Of a stretch of 64,000 nucleotides of DNA, positions 44,290-60,329 are shown in pieces. Source of the DNA: the human T2T-CHM13v2.0 reference genome, Homo sapiens. Below the pieces are notes generated by a model that saw only the letters and a list, made by a program, of their open reading frames with translations, made no database searches and had not been told where the DNA came from. How positions within the stretch are numbered: position 1 is the stretch's first letter; every line of letters begins with the position of its first letter. The DNA lies in NCBI RefSeq assembly GCF_009914755.1, contig NC_060942.1; one strand, given 5' to 3'. The position numbers were made by a program, and so were the translations under genes.

Positions 44290-45258
44290 AAAATTAAAGT
44301 TTTTATTGTGAGATAACTGAAGATTCACATGCAGTTGTAAGAATGCAGAAAGATACCTGGTACACTTTACCCAGTTTCCCCCAGTGGTAATCTTGTAAAC
44401 CTATGTACAATGGCACAACCCGGATATTGACATTGATACAGTTAAGACACCAGGTATTTCCACCACCGCAAGGATTCCCATGTCTCCAATTTTTAGCCAA
44501 ACACTTTGCTCCTGCACCACTCCCTCCATAAACCCTGGTAACCCATCACCTCTTCTCCATTTCTATGATTTTGTCATTTCAAAAATGTTACATAAACGGA
44601 ATCATGTAGTATGCAAACTTTGGGGATTGACTTTTTTCACTCAGAATAAATCCTGGAGATTTATCAGGTTGTTGTGTGTATCCATAGTCAGTTTCTTTTT
44701 ATTGCTGAGTACTATTTCATGGTATGGATGTACCACAGTTTGTTTAACCATGCTGCAACTGGAAGACGGCTAGATTGTTTCTAGTTTGGGGCCATTATAG
44801 ATAAAGCTGCTATGAAAATTCATGTGTATGCTTTAATCTGAATACAAGTTTCCATTTATCTGGGATAAATGCCTAAGACAACAATTGCTGGATCACCTAT
44901 TAGTTGCATAGTTACTTTAAAAATTTTTGTTTTTTAGAGACAGGGTCTCACTGTCACCCAGGCTGGAGTGCAGTGGTGCCATCATAGCTCACTGGAGACC
45001 CAAACTCCTGAGCTCAAGTGATCCTTCCAACTGAGCCTCCTAAGTAGCTGGGACTACAGGCACATGCCACTGTACCTGGCTAATTTTAAAATTTTTTTAT
45101 GGAGACTGAGTCTTGCTTTATTGCCCAGATTGTTTGAACTCCTGGCTTCCAACAATCCTCCTGCCTCAGACTCTCAAAGCACTGGGATTACAGGTGTGAG
45201 CCACTGCACCCAGCCCTACGTATTTACTTTTTAAGGAAGCTGTGGCTATTTTATTTTG
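44290..45258 (-). mobile_element. L1MC1-3 3' end interrupted by an AluJ
   Basis: gattcacatgcagttgtaaga...acccagtttcccccagtggtaa...gatattgacattgatacag. Confidence 0.82.
44925..45216 (-). mobile_element. AluJ
   Basis: Reverse J-type dimer. Confidence 0.9.
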
Positions 45259-47183
45259 AACTGTACTCTCCTCGGCCCCTAGCCCCTTCCCCAAACATCT
45301 GATACCTTTCACCTGCTTGCTTTTTAGAAGCACTGATGCAGACACCAGATATGAAGTCAGACGTCTGACCAGTGTTCGTATATCAGGGGAAAGCTTGCTG
45401 GAATCACCAGCGCACACAAAAGTCAACATGCCCACAAACTGCGTAATGCGGTGATGATGACAAGACAGAACCTGTGCAAGAATTCCCCAGATGAAGCACT
45501 TTGCTAGATTTACAAGAAAATCACATTGAGTTCAAAAGTCAAGTTAGTGCTATCTTTCGTGAAAACTTATCACCTCAGGAAAGTTCTAACTCCAGAAACA
45601 CTCCTGAGTTGTGGGATGACCAAGCAGAGCTGTGGTCCAAGCAGACCCTCACCTCACCAGCAGTTCCAGGCACCCACCAGTCCCAGGGGAGCAAGACTTT
45701 TTGCAAATGAGCAGAAACATTCTAGTTAGAAACATTCAGAGACCCCTAGAGGCGGGAGAATCAAAACAGAACTGTATTTCATGCTGAAAAGTGAAAACCA
45801 AATCAACAAAGCTCCCTGTCACAGCAACTGGTCAGCTCAGCTGTATAAGTGAATGGCAAAAACATTCCTGGGCTCTGTGGAAGCCCCTGGAAGAAATCCA
45901 GAACCTTAGGTACTTAGCCTGACTGGGGGTGGTTGTTATTACCATAAATTTATTTATTTCTTAACATATCTGTTCCTTTCATTTCAAACATTTGCTTGAC
46001 ATTTGTAGTAATTAGGTGAATGCTGGAAGAAATGATTAAATGATATTGTAAAATAATGTTTTGGCCTGACTCAAAATAGAAATATTTATAGTGTTCCCAC
46101 TAATGCCAGATGATGTTAGCCCGATTATTGTGCTGCTTTTTAAAAAACATGCTAGGCTGAAAAAAAAATCACAAACAATCTAAAGTGAGCCGAGGCTCTA
46201 AGAGGCTTTGTGTCTATAAGCCCTCTTCCTGTCTGCTATTTGGCCCCAGCAGTAAAGCCCATGTGCTTCGATCAGTGTGGTGGATGTCTGGAGCACGGTG
46301 GCTCTGGGTGTTGGGAACTCACATGTCTCATTATCTGAAGACGAAACCAAAGACTGGAGAGATGGCTTGAGTATCACTGAGTGCAGAGGTCTGTGTCCCC
46401 TCCTAGCCTTGTACTGTGGGATTTGGAGGTCACTGTGCTTTCACTCCTGCAACTCCTGTTCCCCACTTTTCTCCCCTGCCTTTTTCTCTCCCCCGTGTTA
46501 TCCCTCCTTTTCTTTTCCCTTCTCCTCCCACGCTAAGCTGAATCCATTAAACTAACTGAACCAATGAGGTCTCGGCCCAGAAGCATCAGCCTCCTTTATA
46601 GTGGAGACAGAGGTACAGACTCAGTGCAGTATATCGCCATGCTCTGCAGAGAGCCACGACTCATTCCTGGGCAACTGGAGGAAGGGGAGTGTGTCTGGGA
46701 CCAGGGAGTGGCCTATGCCAGGGTGCAGACCTCAGTGTTACTCTCCAACCCGAGCCCAAGCCTGCCCCTGCCCCAACCCACACGATACCAAGTGCCACCC
46801 GGACCTGTCCTGGCAGCCCTGGGCTTCCTTCCAGAGCATCATGGGAACTACAGGGAGCAATCACTGTGGTCTCTTTACAGTGTCTTAGGGCAGAAGGTGA
46901 GGGTCTGAGGAAGTTTCATTGCAGGCTTCAGTACAATCTCTGGGGAAGATTATCAATTTGTGGAAGAAAAGCAGAAGTCATTTCCAGGAAGTCTTCAAAG
47001 ACTAAACTATAAATGCTTAGTGAGCAGTGCAGGACGTGGATGGGAGGAAACGCAGGTGCCTGCCCAGGCCTGCAGCCCTGGGTCAAGAACCACAGGGAAG
47101 ACCATTGTCTTCAGAGTCCATCAGAGGCCCCAGAGCCTGGATTTACGGGCCAGGCCATACTGGGCCAGGCTCATAGTGGCTCC

Positions 47184-47626
47184 TATGTTAGTCTACTTGG
47201 GCTGCCTTACCAAAATACCATAGACTGGGTAGGTTAATCAACAGAAATTTATTTTTTCACATCTCTGAAGGCTGGAAAGTCCAAGATGAAGGTTCTGGCT
47301 GATTTGGTTTCTAGTGAAGGCTCTTTCTGGCTTACAGACAGCTGCCCTTCTCCCTGTGTCCTTGCATGGCCTTTCCTTGGTGCCTGCACACATAAGCAAA
47401 GACAGAGAGTGACAGAGAGAGAGAGAGAGAGGGGGGGGGGGGGAGAGAGAGGGGAGAGAGAGAGACAGAGAGAACAAGCTCTCTTATAATGACGCAAATC
47501 CTATCAGCACCCCATCTTCACTTAACCTTAATCACCTCCTTATAGGCCCTATCTCCAAATACAGTCACATTTGGGGTTAGGGCTTCAACATATGAATTTT
47601 GGGGTAACACAAGTCAGTCCACAGCA
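47184..47626 (-). mobile_element. MLT1A-like LTR with an internal (GA)n/poly-G tract
   Basis: gggctgccttaccaaaataccatagactggg...agggcttcaacatatgaatttt; TSD gctcc. Confidence 0.85.
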
Positions 47627-48396
47627 GCTCCCCAGGAAACGGTGTTCGACTTTCCTAAGTAAAGGCCAAGGATTCCTTGGGCATCAATTTGGTTAAGGTC
47701 TGCTCATGCACCACGTCAGTCACTGCTCTGGGTGGGGACTGGGCCATAAAGAAGTCAGGGTACCTTGAGTACTCCTGCCCTGGCAAAGACTCAGCTAAGA
47801 ATGTGGGATGTTATGCTATGCAGGTTCCTTCCAAATCAAGCTACAGCTCCCACCAAGGTTGATGTGCAGACACAGGAGCTGTGTGCTGGCCCTTAGGCTT
47901 GAGAGCTGGACAGAAGGAGAGGTGGGCCATCGGTGTATCGTGGATGGTATATGAAAAGACCAGGCATCCTCTGTTTCCTTCCCTCCCTGGTGCAATGGGG
48001 ATGATACAGCAAATGCTATGCAGGGCTGCTGTGGCACCTGCATGAGATGCCGTACGTGGAGTCTGAGAAGAAGTGGAAGGAGAAGGGAAGGGAGGCAGAG
48101 GCATAAAGAGATTTGTCTCCTCGCTTTTTCATGGCACCATGGGAAGCCCGCCCCTGGGTTGGCAATCCCAGCTGCCATCTCTGTCTCTGGCACTGTGCCT
48201 CCCTGGTGTCTGTCTCTAAACCCAGACTCTGAAAGATCCACAACGTGTCTAGCAACCAAAATTAGAGGCCTGCTGCTCTTGCTGCTGCTGAATGGAGAGC
48301 AAGCCAGCATGTGGGTTGGAAGTGCAGGGCAGCTCGGCAAACTTAGAAGCTGTTGCAGACCAGAGGGAGAGCCACCTGCTTCAGGAAAGAGGCCAT

Positions 48397-48398
<2 letters not shown>

Positions 48399-48462
<64 letters not shown>
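48399..48462. repeat. (TG)n(GA)n microsatellite
   Basis: Directly visible; source of the THTH and CVCV ORFs. Confidence 0.95.
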
Positions 48463-49016
48463 TTGTAGCCATGAGTTCTTCCAGCAATTGGGCATGACCT
48501 TGGGAGGCTGCAAACAGATCCTAAATTGACAGCGAGATTCAGCATCTTGGGTCTCACCGTGTCCAAAGTCCTCTGGTCCTGGCCTCTGGCAATGCCCCTA
48601 AGTATGGATGGGACAGGAGTTGCAGTGCCTGTCCTTTTACACTGGGGGAGCCCAGTGAGGGGGTGACACATATTGTGGCAGATGTCTGAGCAGTATGTCC
48701 CCAGAGGCTCTCTGTAGGGGTGTGTGTATTGTGGGGAGGGAGGGAGGTGGGGGGCGGTTGGGGGAGTGGATGCTGTAACACTGAGCTCCTTGCTCTCCTG
48801 TCCCTCTGTGAGGGATAACCCAAGAAGAAGCTTAAACAGAAATGTGTGACCCCTGCCCTGACTCCTGTGGGGGTAGGGATGACAACCTAGATCCTCTGCA
48901 GCCCACTCACCCAGCCATGGAGGGGATATCTGCTTCCACACCTAGCAGGAGGGAGCAAAGAAGACTCAAGCCTTTGGTCAAGTCACGATATTCTTAAAAA
49001 AATAAAAAATGATTTA

Positions 49017-49387
<371 letters not shown>

Positions 49388-49489
49388 TTAAGTCACGATA
49401 GTATATAAAGTATACTACCTCCTTAGTTACCTGAACTGGATATGGAATAAGCTGTTTTCAACAGGTTAATATTTGAAAATGTCCCTTTT

Positions 49490-50200
49490 GTCCATTCAGC
49501 AGGTTCTTAGGGAGCCCCAAGCTGTGCCAGGCAGGTACAGCACTAGAGACCATCAGTGAGCAAACCAGAGGGTCCCCACCCTGTGAGTTTGCACTTTATT
49601 GGGAAGAGATAGACAATGAGCCACCAGCAGAGTAAAGAAAATTGCACTGCGTGCTGGAAGAAGGGAGAGATGCCCTGGAAAAAGAAAAGACAGAAAAGGA
49701 AAAAGAAGAGAAGAATGGGCAGTGGTGCCAGGCGCAGTGGCTCATGCCTGTAATCTCAGCACATTAGGAGACTGAGTTGGGGGGATCACTTGAGGTCAGG
49801 AGTTCGAGACCAGCCTGGCCAACATGGTGAAATCCTGTCTCTACTAATAACACAAAAATTAGCCGGGTGTGGTGGTGCTCGCCTGTAATCCCAGCTACTG
49901 GGTCGGCTGAGGCAAGAGAATCACTTGAACCTGGGAGGCAGAGCTTTCAGTGAGCCAAGATTGCACCACTGCACTTCAGCATGAACGAAAGAGTGAAACT
50001 GTGTCCCCCAGTCCCCTCCTCAAAAAAAAAGAATGGGCAGTGGCAAGGTAGATGGGTCAGGTACAGCTGTGGTCAGGGAATCCTCGTGTGGGAGGTGACA
50101 ATCGAAAAAAGAAGGAGGCGCTATTGTGAGCCAAGGGCGTGTGCAGTAAGAGGTTTACAACCAGAAAGAAGAGCTAGTGCAAAGGCCCCCAAGGCTTGTA
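49490..50200 (-). mobile_element. L2 3' end interrupted by an Alu
   Basis: tccattcagcaggttcttagggagcc...gtgccaggc...gtgagcaaaccaga, resuming gtggtcagggaatcctc. Confidence 0.65.
49727..50028 (+). mobile_element. AluSx/Sz
   Basis: Dimer; perfect TSD aagaatgggcagtgg. Confidence 0.92.
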
Positions 50201-51258
50201 AATGGGGGTCCACGGATAGTCTTCACTGGGCCAAGAAGGAAGAGGATGGATGCCCACCTGGGCCTGGATCAGACTCCTCCTCCATGTGATCTTCAAGTAG
50301 TCAGTCCCCTCACCTCCTGGTTCTCCAAGTCCAGGCACCTGGAGACAGAACAGGCTTTGTGACAATGGACCCAACCCACGGTCATGCTAAGGACCCCTCT
50401 TCTTCTCCCTAGGGCATTCCTCCCTTGTCTCTGCTTAATCTATCTCTTGCCTTGAGGGCCCTGGTTCACACTCTTTCTCACTCGGCTGGCTGTCTTCATC
50501 CCCAACCCGGTGCCATGCAGCCCCTGGAATTATTCATCTCAGAACCTAGAAGACAACTCCCACCCCCGGGGTTTTTCTGGACCCTCTGGTCCTCATAGGG
50601 CATTAGATTCCATGATCCATTAGATCTTTTTGAGGATTTGTATCCTATGATTATGGGAGAAATCTCTAAAAAATGTAATGCATTCCTCGCTACCTTAGGA
50701 TCCAGTGCAATGAATGTTTTATCCTTCTGCAAACTGCCAAGTCCTTATTACAATACTATAGAATCATAAGGTGGTCTTTGAGAACATTTACCACTCTGTT
50801 CTACAGATAAGCAAAGGAAATACAGGGTTATATGTACACTGGCCCCAGGACAAACCCTGAAGCATACCTGCTTGTAGAAGCCTATGATTTCAGCCTGGTG
50901 TTTTGTTTTTGTCATTTGACTTGTTCTGAAATAAAGTAAAATGGAGACTGTAGCTCTCTGACCCGCTGAAGAGCAACATTTGATAAAACTTATTACTGAT
51001 TAAGAGAGGCTATCTTCTTGCACCAAGTTTTTTTTTCCCCATAGTAACTTTTCTTCACTGTTATCAGGGCCCTCTGAAGTGACTTAAATCCATACCACCT
51101 ATTGCTCCCTGGGCTTCATGCATCCACAGATTCTCCCTCCAGTTAAACTACCCACTCCCTGAGAGAAGCAGCAGAACATCATAAATCTCTGTATTTATCC
51201 CCTATGGAACTGAGGAGCCACAACACACAAAGTCCCCAACCAACTTGCTGAGTTAATT

Positions 51259-51851
51259 TATGAAAGGAAAATAAACCTCAGGATCCCAAACTCACTAAGC
51301 CAAAGGGAAAAGTCAAGCTGGAAACTGTGTCATGCAAACCTATCTCCCTCATAATTTGCCCACTAGGAAATTTCTCACGGGCCCCAAGATCTTTACCCTA
51401 GAACAGTTCTGTTGAATTTCACCCTGACAAAGTGAATTGATAGCTTATCTTCATGGGTATGGGACGAAGGACAGAACTCAAAGTCATCTCTCTGCTTACC
51501 TGAGACAAATGCATACCTGATTCTTCCTCTGCCCTATGCTTATTTCATCTTATGTAAAAATGCAGATTCACTGAGCTGGATGAATGCATAAGTGACTATT
51601 CCTCTACCCTTCTCACATGTGGACAGCTGATCAAAGACTCAAAAGAACAATCGTTTGACTCTTATCTACCTACAGCTTTTTAAAATTTCTTCCTCTTTCC
51701 CCAATATCTGCCCTTTCTCCTTTAAATATTGAAACTCTCAAAATCACCTTTGAAGAAAGGCACAGACCTGTCTCCTGGGCGTGCATCCTCAATCTTGCAA
51801 AATAAACTTCTAAACTGATTGAGACTTGTCTCGAGTACTTTTTGGTTTATA
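51259..51851 (+). mobile_element. MER4-family (ERV1) solo LTR
   Basis: tatgaaaggaaaataaacctcaggatcccaaactcactaagccaaagggaaaagtcaagctgg...aataaacttctaaactgattgagac...tggtttata. Confidence 0.85.
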
Positions 51852-52065
51852 CATTCTCAACCATTTGTAAGATTCCTGCCAGAATAATCCAATACTTCAT
51901 CACTTCTAGGGCCTGAAAAAAGGTTCAGGGCCCATTGAAAAAAAATTTTCAAGTCCCACAGCAAAGTTAGATAGATTTAAATTCTTTACATGGTATTTGA
52001 TGGTATTTGTATTGACATGTAGCTATGCTATAAAAGCAAACATCTGCAAAATCTCGGTTGCTTAA

Positions 52066-52391
<326 letters not shown>

Positions 52392-52528
52392 TCCAAAGCC
52401 CCATTTTTTGCTCATACTCCATCCACCATGGTCAGGTGGGGGCTCTGCTTTGCTGAGTGTCACCTGCCTTCAGGAGTGCAGGTGACAGAGCCTTTCCCAC
52501 CAGGAGCATTGCTGTTCTCATGACAGCA

Positions 52529-53392
<864 letters not shown>

Positions 53393-54420
53393 CAGAGAGA
53401 AGTGATGGTGCCCAATCACACACAAGGCTTAAATATTCTGCCCAGAAAGAGGATACTTCATGCCCTTCACATTTCATTGGTTAATCAAGTCACATGGCCA
53501 CACCTCACTTTTATAAGGTAGAAAGTACAATCCCTCCATGTATACAGAATGAGGAGGATAAGAAAATGCCAGGAATTCTCCTTCAGAGTTAGGAGGAAGA
53601 ACGCAAAAGGTTTTCACCATCATGGTCACAAGATAAAACTAGAGGAAACAAAAATCATAATTTTCCATTTGGTGAGTAAGTGGCAGATGCAAAGAAGCCC
53701 TGATTAACTGAATTTCAGGTGGTGATGAGCCCGTCATGGTTGAGTCAAAAGGCCCAGTGGAGGCCAGCACCTAGTCTGCTGAAGAGCAGGCTGGCCACAG
53801 AGGAAGACTATGTGAATGAGAGGCAGCCAAGCTTTTCATGATAGTTCACAAAGACAAACATAAGCCCACAGACCCAAGAAGCTGAGCAAGTCACGGCAGA
53901 ATAAATACAAGGAAAATCACATCCAGGCACTTTATAATCAAAATGCTGAAAAGCCTAAGTTAAATACAAAAATCTTTCAAGTAGCCAAAGGAAAAAAAGA
54001 CACTTTATATACATAAAAAAAATTAGGGCTGACATCTCATCAGAAACAACGAATGCCAGAGGGCAATGGAACAAAATCTTTAAAGTGCTGAAAGAAAAAC
54101 ACTTGCAACCCAGAATCTATAAACTACTAAAATATCTTTTAAAGATCAAGGCAAAAATAAAAGCATTTTGGATAAACAAAAGGAGTCATCTGTAGCAGAT
54201 TTGCACTCCAAGAAATGGTAAAGAAAATCCTTAATTAAGGCTGATAGAAAATGACATCAGACTGAGCAAGTTAACAAGATAGAAAATAAATCCCAAACAT
54301 CAGGAACAAAAGGAGGTTATTATTGGCAATGCTGCAGACATGGAAACATTAAATAAAGGATTTTGAACAACTTTATCCTCAAGAATACTGACGACTTAGA
54401 CAAGATAGGCAAATTCCTTG

Positions 54421-55216
54421 TGCTGTATTTTTCTTTTTTTTTTTTTTGGTAGAGACAGGGTCTTGCTCTATTGCCCAGAATGGTCTTGAACTTCTGACCA
54501 CAAATGGTCTGCCTGCCTTGGCCTCTCAAAGTGCTGGGATTACAGGTGTAAGCCGCTGCACCTGATCTAATTTGGTTTTGAGGGCTGTCTCTGGAAAGTT
54601 GGCCGTAAGCCAAGATATCCACTGTCTAGGAGAGCCTTGACTAGGGTAAAGTTAGGTTCAAGTGTGTGTGTCAGGTGAGGCACGATGAAGAAGTGTAACC
54701 AAAAATGCATGAGATAGAAGGAATTTATTACTTATAGTTCCCAGGGAAGTTAGGGGTGCTGATGGGAGGCTGATGGGAAGTGTAGAGGTAGTAGGGAGCT
54801 CAACCAGCAAGTGATGGGGAAGAGGGAGAGGGAAATGGGGAAGGATAAGGAGAGGGAAAAGGGTAGGAGGGAGGACCTATGAGGCTATGCCTATATTAAG
54901 GTCCATAGGTGTTACCCTTTAGGCTTTCTCACAGGGATTGTGGATTATCTAATTTAAAGAAAATATGTGCAAAGAGGGGAACTTACTTTCATGACTCTGG
55001 TGTTGATCATTAGGTTTTATCACGGTTAGCAGCTATGAGGTGTGTGGGATTTGGGGTCAGTGGGATGAAGAACAAGTGGGCTATATCAGAAATAACCATC
55101 ACAGGAAGGGGAAGTTTTAACTAGGCTAAAGGAGGTGGGGAATGGCTGGGTTTCAAACAACTTATGTAAGGCCTAAAGATGGATGCCAAGCAAGTATATT
55201 AAACATATTTATGATA
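54421..55216 (-). mobile_element. MER73-like ERVL solo LTR with an inserted Alu monomer
   Basis: Reverse strand begins tatcataaatatgtttaatatacttgcttggcatccatc...gttgtttgaaacccag; TSD ccttg/cctta. Confidence 0.72.
54430..54567 (-). mobile_element. Free left Alu monomer (FLAM-like)
   Basis: Single reverse left arm with T-rich tail. Confidence 0.85.
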
Positions 55217-55776
55217 CCTTAAAAAAACGACATAACAAAACTGACACAGGAAGAAATAGAAAATCTGAAAATCTCCAAGTTGATTTAAAAAATTGAATGT
55301 GCAATTACTTGCAAGGAAACTTCAGTCACAGATGGCTCTACTAAATTCTATCAAACTTGCAATGCAGAAATTATACCAATTGCACATAAACTGTTTCAGA
55401 AAATAGGGGAGGAGGAAATCATTTCCCAATTTTTAAATGTTTTGGCCAGCACAATCCTAGTACCATAACCAGACAAAAAACATTACAAGAAAAGAAAACC
55501 ACAGACCAATATTCCTCATGAATATAGACACAAAAATCCTTTAACAAAATATTAGCAAATTGAACCCAGCATTTTTTAAAAAGAATAACACAACATGACC
55601 AAGTGAAGTTTTTCCGAAGAATGCAGTGTCATTTTATTATTTCAATATTAATAAATCCATATAATTCATCACATTATCAGAAAAAAGAGAAAACCCATAC
55701 AGCCATCTCAATAGACACAGGAACAACATTTGACAAAATTCAATACCTTTTCATGATACAAACTCTCAGTACACTA

Positions 55777-56130
<354 letters not shown>

Positions 56131-56283
56131 ACCTACAGCTTACATCATATGTAATAATGAAATCTTCAAAATTTCACCTTAACGTGGAGAACAAGGCAAG
56201 GACGCACAATTTTACCACTTTGATTCAACGCTCTACTGGACATCACTATCCACTGGGACAATAGGGCAAAAAAAGGAATAATA

Positions 56284-56936
<653 letters not shown>

Positions 56937-57137
56937 TTAAAACTGTCTAGAACTAATAAGTGAATTTACAGGGTCTCAGGATACAAGGCCAATATAAAAG
57001 TATCAGTCGTATTTCTATACACTAGCAACAAGCAATTGGAAAATTAAATTTTAAAAAGCACCACTTTACAAAAGGTCAGACTGAGGGAATACTCTGGGGT
57101 GTTGGAATCATGTTTATGGTGGTGGTTATGCATGATC

Positions 57138-58950
57138 TGAAAATGAAATTAGGAAAACTATTTTACTAGCATCAGAAAGAATAGCATCCTTAGGAATAAA
57201 TTTAACAAAGGAGGCAAAAGACTTGTACACTGAATACTGCAAAACATTGCTGAAAGAAATTAAAGAAAATCTAAATAAATGGAAAGACAGTCCATGTTTA
57301 TGGCTTGGAAGACTTAATATTGTTAATATGATAGTACTACCCAAAGCGATCTACAGATTCAGTGCAATTCCTATCAAAATCCCAATGATATTTTTTACAA
57401 AAATAGAAAAACCCATCCGAAAATTCAAATGGAATCTTAAGGTAACCCATATAACCAAAATGATCTTGAAAAGAACAAAGTTGGAGGATTCACACTTCCT
57501 GATTTCAAAACTTACTAAAAATCGACATTAATCAAACAGTGTGGTACTGGCATGGGAACAGATGTATAGACCAATGGAATAGAATTGGGAGCCCAGAAAT
57601 AAACCCTCACATGTATGGACAATTGATTTCTGACAAGGATGCCAAATCATTTAATGGGGAAATGACAGTTCCTACAACAAATGGTGCCAGAAAAATGGAA
57701 TATTTACATGCAAAGGAATGAAGTTAGACCCTTATCCTACACTACATACAAAAATTAACTCAAAATGCATCAAAGACCTAAACATATGAGCTAAAACTGT
57801 ATAACTCTTACAAGAAAGCAGCAAAAATATATTTGTGACATTGGATTTGGCAATGACTTATTGGATATGACACCAAAAGCACAGGCAACAAAATAAAAAA
57901 TTGATAAACTGGACTTCGAAAAAATTTTTGAAGTTTGGTGCACCAAAAGACACTATCCAAAAAATGAAAAGACAACATTCAAAATGGGAAAAATATTTTC
58001 AAATCATATATTTAATAAGGATCTAGTATTCAGAATATCTAAAGAACTTTACAATTCAACAACAAAAAGACAACCCAATTTTAAAATGGCCAAAGAACTT
58101 GAACAGATATTTCTCCAACAAAGATATACAAATAGCCAATAAGCACATGAAAAATGCTCAACATCATTACTCATTAGAGAAATTCAGTCAAGCCACAATG
58201 AGATGCTACTTTACACCCACCAGAATGGCCATAATGAAAACAAAACCAAAATTAACAAGTGTTGGTGAGCATCTGGAAAAATTGGAACCCTCATCCATTG
58301 CTAGTGGGAATGTCAATTGATGCAGCCTCTGTGGAAAACAGTTTGGTGGTTCCTGTAAAAGTTAAACACAGAATTATAATATGACTCAGCAATTTCACTC
58401 CTAGATATATACTCAAAAGAACTGAAAACAAATATTCAAACAAACACTTGTACATGAGTGTTTATAGCAGCACTATTTATAATAGCCAAAAGGAGGGAGA
58501 AACTCAAGTGTCATTGATGGACAATGGATAAACAAAATATGGTTTACCCACACAATGGAATATTATTCAACCATAAAAAGGAATGAAATTCTGATATATG
58601 CCATAATGAAGATAAACTTTGAAAACATTATTCTAAGTGAAAGAAGCCAGACACAAAAGGTGACATATTATATCATTCTATTTATATGATTCTCCTTATA
58701 CAAAATAAATAGAATAGCTCAGTCCACAGAGACAGAAAACAGATTAGTGGTTGGCAGGGGCTAGAGGGAGGGGGAAATGACTACTAATAGACTGGGGGCT
58801 TCTTTGAGGGGATTATAGAAATGTTCTAAAAATCAGATAGTCGTGACAGTTGCACAACCTTGTGAATATATTAAAAACCACTGGGTTGGACACTTTAAAA
58901 GGCTTTTTAATATATGTAATTTATATCCCAGTTTTTCAAAAAAAAAAAGA
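57138..58950 (+). mobile_element. L1MB 3' ~1.8 kb
   Basis: ORFs 57223, 57539 and 58099 are frameshifted ORF2 pieces ([13 protein letters not shown]...[15 protein letters not shown]); L1MB 3' UTR and A tail. Confidence 0.88.
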
Positions 58951-58999
58951 GAATCTATCATAGAAATATATATCACAAAAGTGAATACTACCGCTTGTA

Positions 59000-59305
59000 A
59001 ATAAATTTTTTAAAGACCATTTATAATAGCAACCAAAAACCATAAAATATTTAGGAATAAATTTGATAAAATATGCGCAAGGCTTCTATACTGGAAACTA
59101 TAAAACATTACTGAGAGAAATTAAAGAAGATCTAAATAAATGGAAGGATGAGTCAAGTTTATGTTTCAGAAAACTCAATATTAAGATACTCATTCTTTTC
59201 CAATTGATCTATAGGTTCAATGCAATTCCAATCAAAATTGTAGTAGGCCTTTTTAATATATATATAAACTTTTTTATAGAAACTAATAGTCTGATTTTAC
59301 CATAT
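59000..59305 (+). mobile_element. L1M ORF2 fragment
   Basis: ORF 59063-59323 NYKTLLREIKEDLNKWK...LIYRFNAIPIKI. Confidence 0.8.
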
Positions 59306-60024
59306 GTTGTGCTGTTTAAGTAGCCAACAGGAAGCCACTTCAGGCTCTGGGAAATCTTTGTTTTATGGAAATGAGCAGCATTAGAACCTTCAGCTAGGAG
59401 TGGATGAGTTGGATTTTGCTTAACTCGGGGATCCTTTGATTCACTAGTTACTACTCAAGGGAAAATGAGGAAACAGCCCAGAGAAATGAATACTATCAGA
59501 TCATTCTCTAAGTGTGGGCCATACTCAGAAATGAGTTTGGAGATGTTGAAGTCACTCAGTAGCTCTATGGCTTCTTTGATTGGCTGATTGTTTTGTGAGA
59601 CTTCTAAACCTTGTTTCCTCTTGAAATGCCAAATCCATTGCTAACTAAATGAGACAACCCGTAAGGAGGACTTGACAAAGCATACAGGACACTCAGTAAA
59701 AGCTGAGCTGCACCCTTCCTGGACCTGGCCTTTTTGGGTCAGGTTTTCTGTGTTGACTCATACACAGATGAAGGTCGTGCTCTGGACAAGGAAGAACATA
59801 AAACCAGAAAAAAAGCTGGCAAAGAGTAAAACACAGGGGATGGGGACCAGGACCGAGATAGGAAGAAGCCCAAGAGACAGATGAGCTGCAGACATGACAG
59901 GGAAAACAAAACAATGAGATGCTAAGATTGCAGAGTTGGGCAGGTCTGCATGACAGGGTTCATGGAGTATATTTCAGTTTTTCAAAGACCGTTGCCAGGA
60001 CTTTTTTTCCATTTATTTCTTTAT

Positions 60025-60329
60025 GGCTGGGTGCAGCGGTGACTCATGCCTGTAGTCCCAGCACTTTGGGAGGCGGAGGCAGGCCGATCACTTGAGCCCA
60101 GGAGTTCGAGGCATGCCTGGGCAACATGGCAAAACCCTGTCTCTACGAAAAAATACAAACATTATCCAGGTGTGGTGGTGCGTGCCTGTAGTCCAGCTAT
60201 AGGGAGGCTGAGGTGAGAGGATTGCTTGAGCCTGGAAGAGGGAGGTTGCAGTGAGCCAAGATGGCACCACTGCACTCCAGCCTGGGTGATGGAGTGAGAC
60301 CCTGTCTCAAAAAAAAAAAAAAAAAAAAA
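60025..60329 (+). mobile_element. AluJb/S-like
   Basis: Dimer with poly(A) tail. Confidence 0.92.

Noticed and set aside
45450-45610. C-box-like gtgatga suggesting a C/D snoRNA
   Set aside because: No suitably placed D box with a terminal stem.
47816-48497. Long ORFs (223 aa minus, 159 aa plus)
   Set aside because: Kept open by the (TG)n repeat (THTH/CVCV) and GC-rich composition; no recognisable domain.
57223-58320. RT-like ORF fragments suggesting an active retroelement
   Set aside because: Frameshifted, truncated L1MB remains.
58675-58715. 11-bp inverted repeat in the L1MB 3' UTR
   Set aside because: AT-rich with a 19-nt spacer; plausible by chance.
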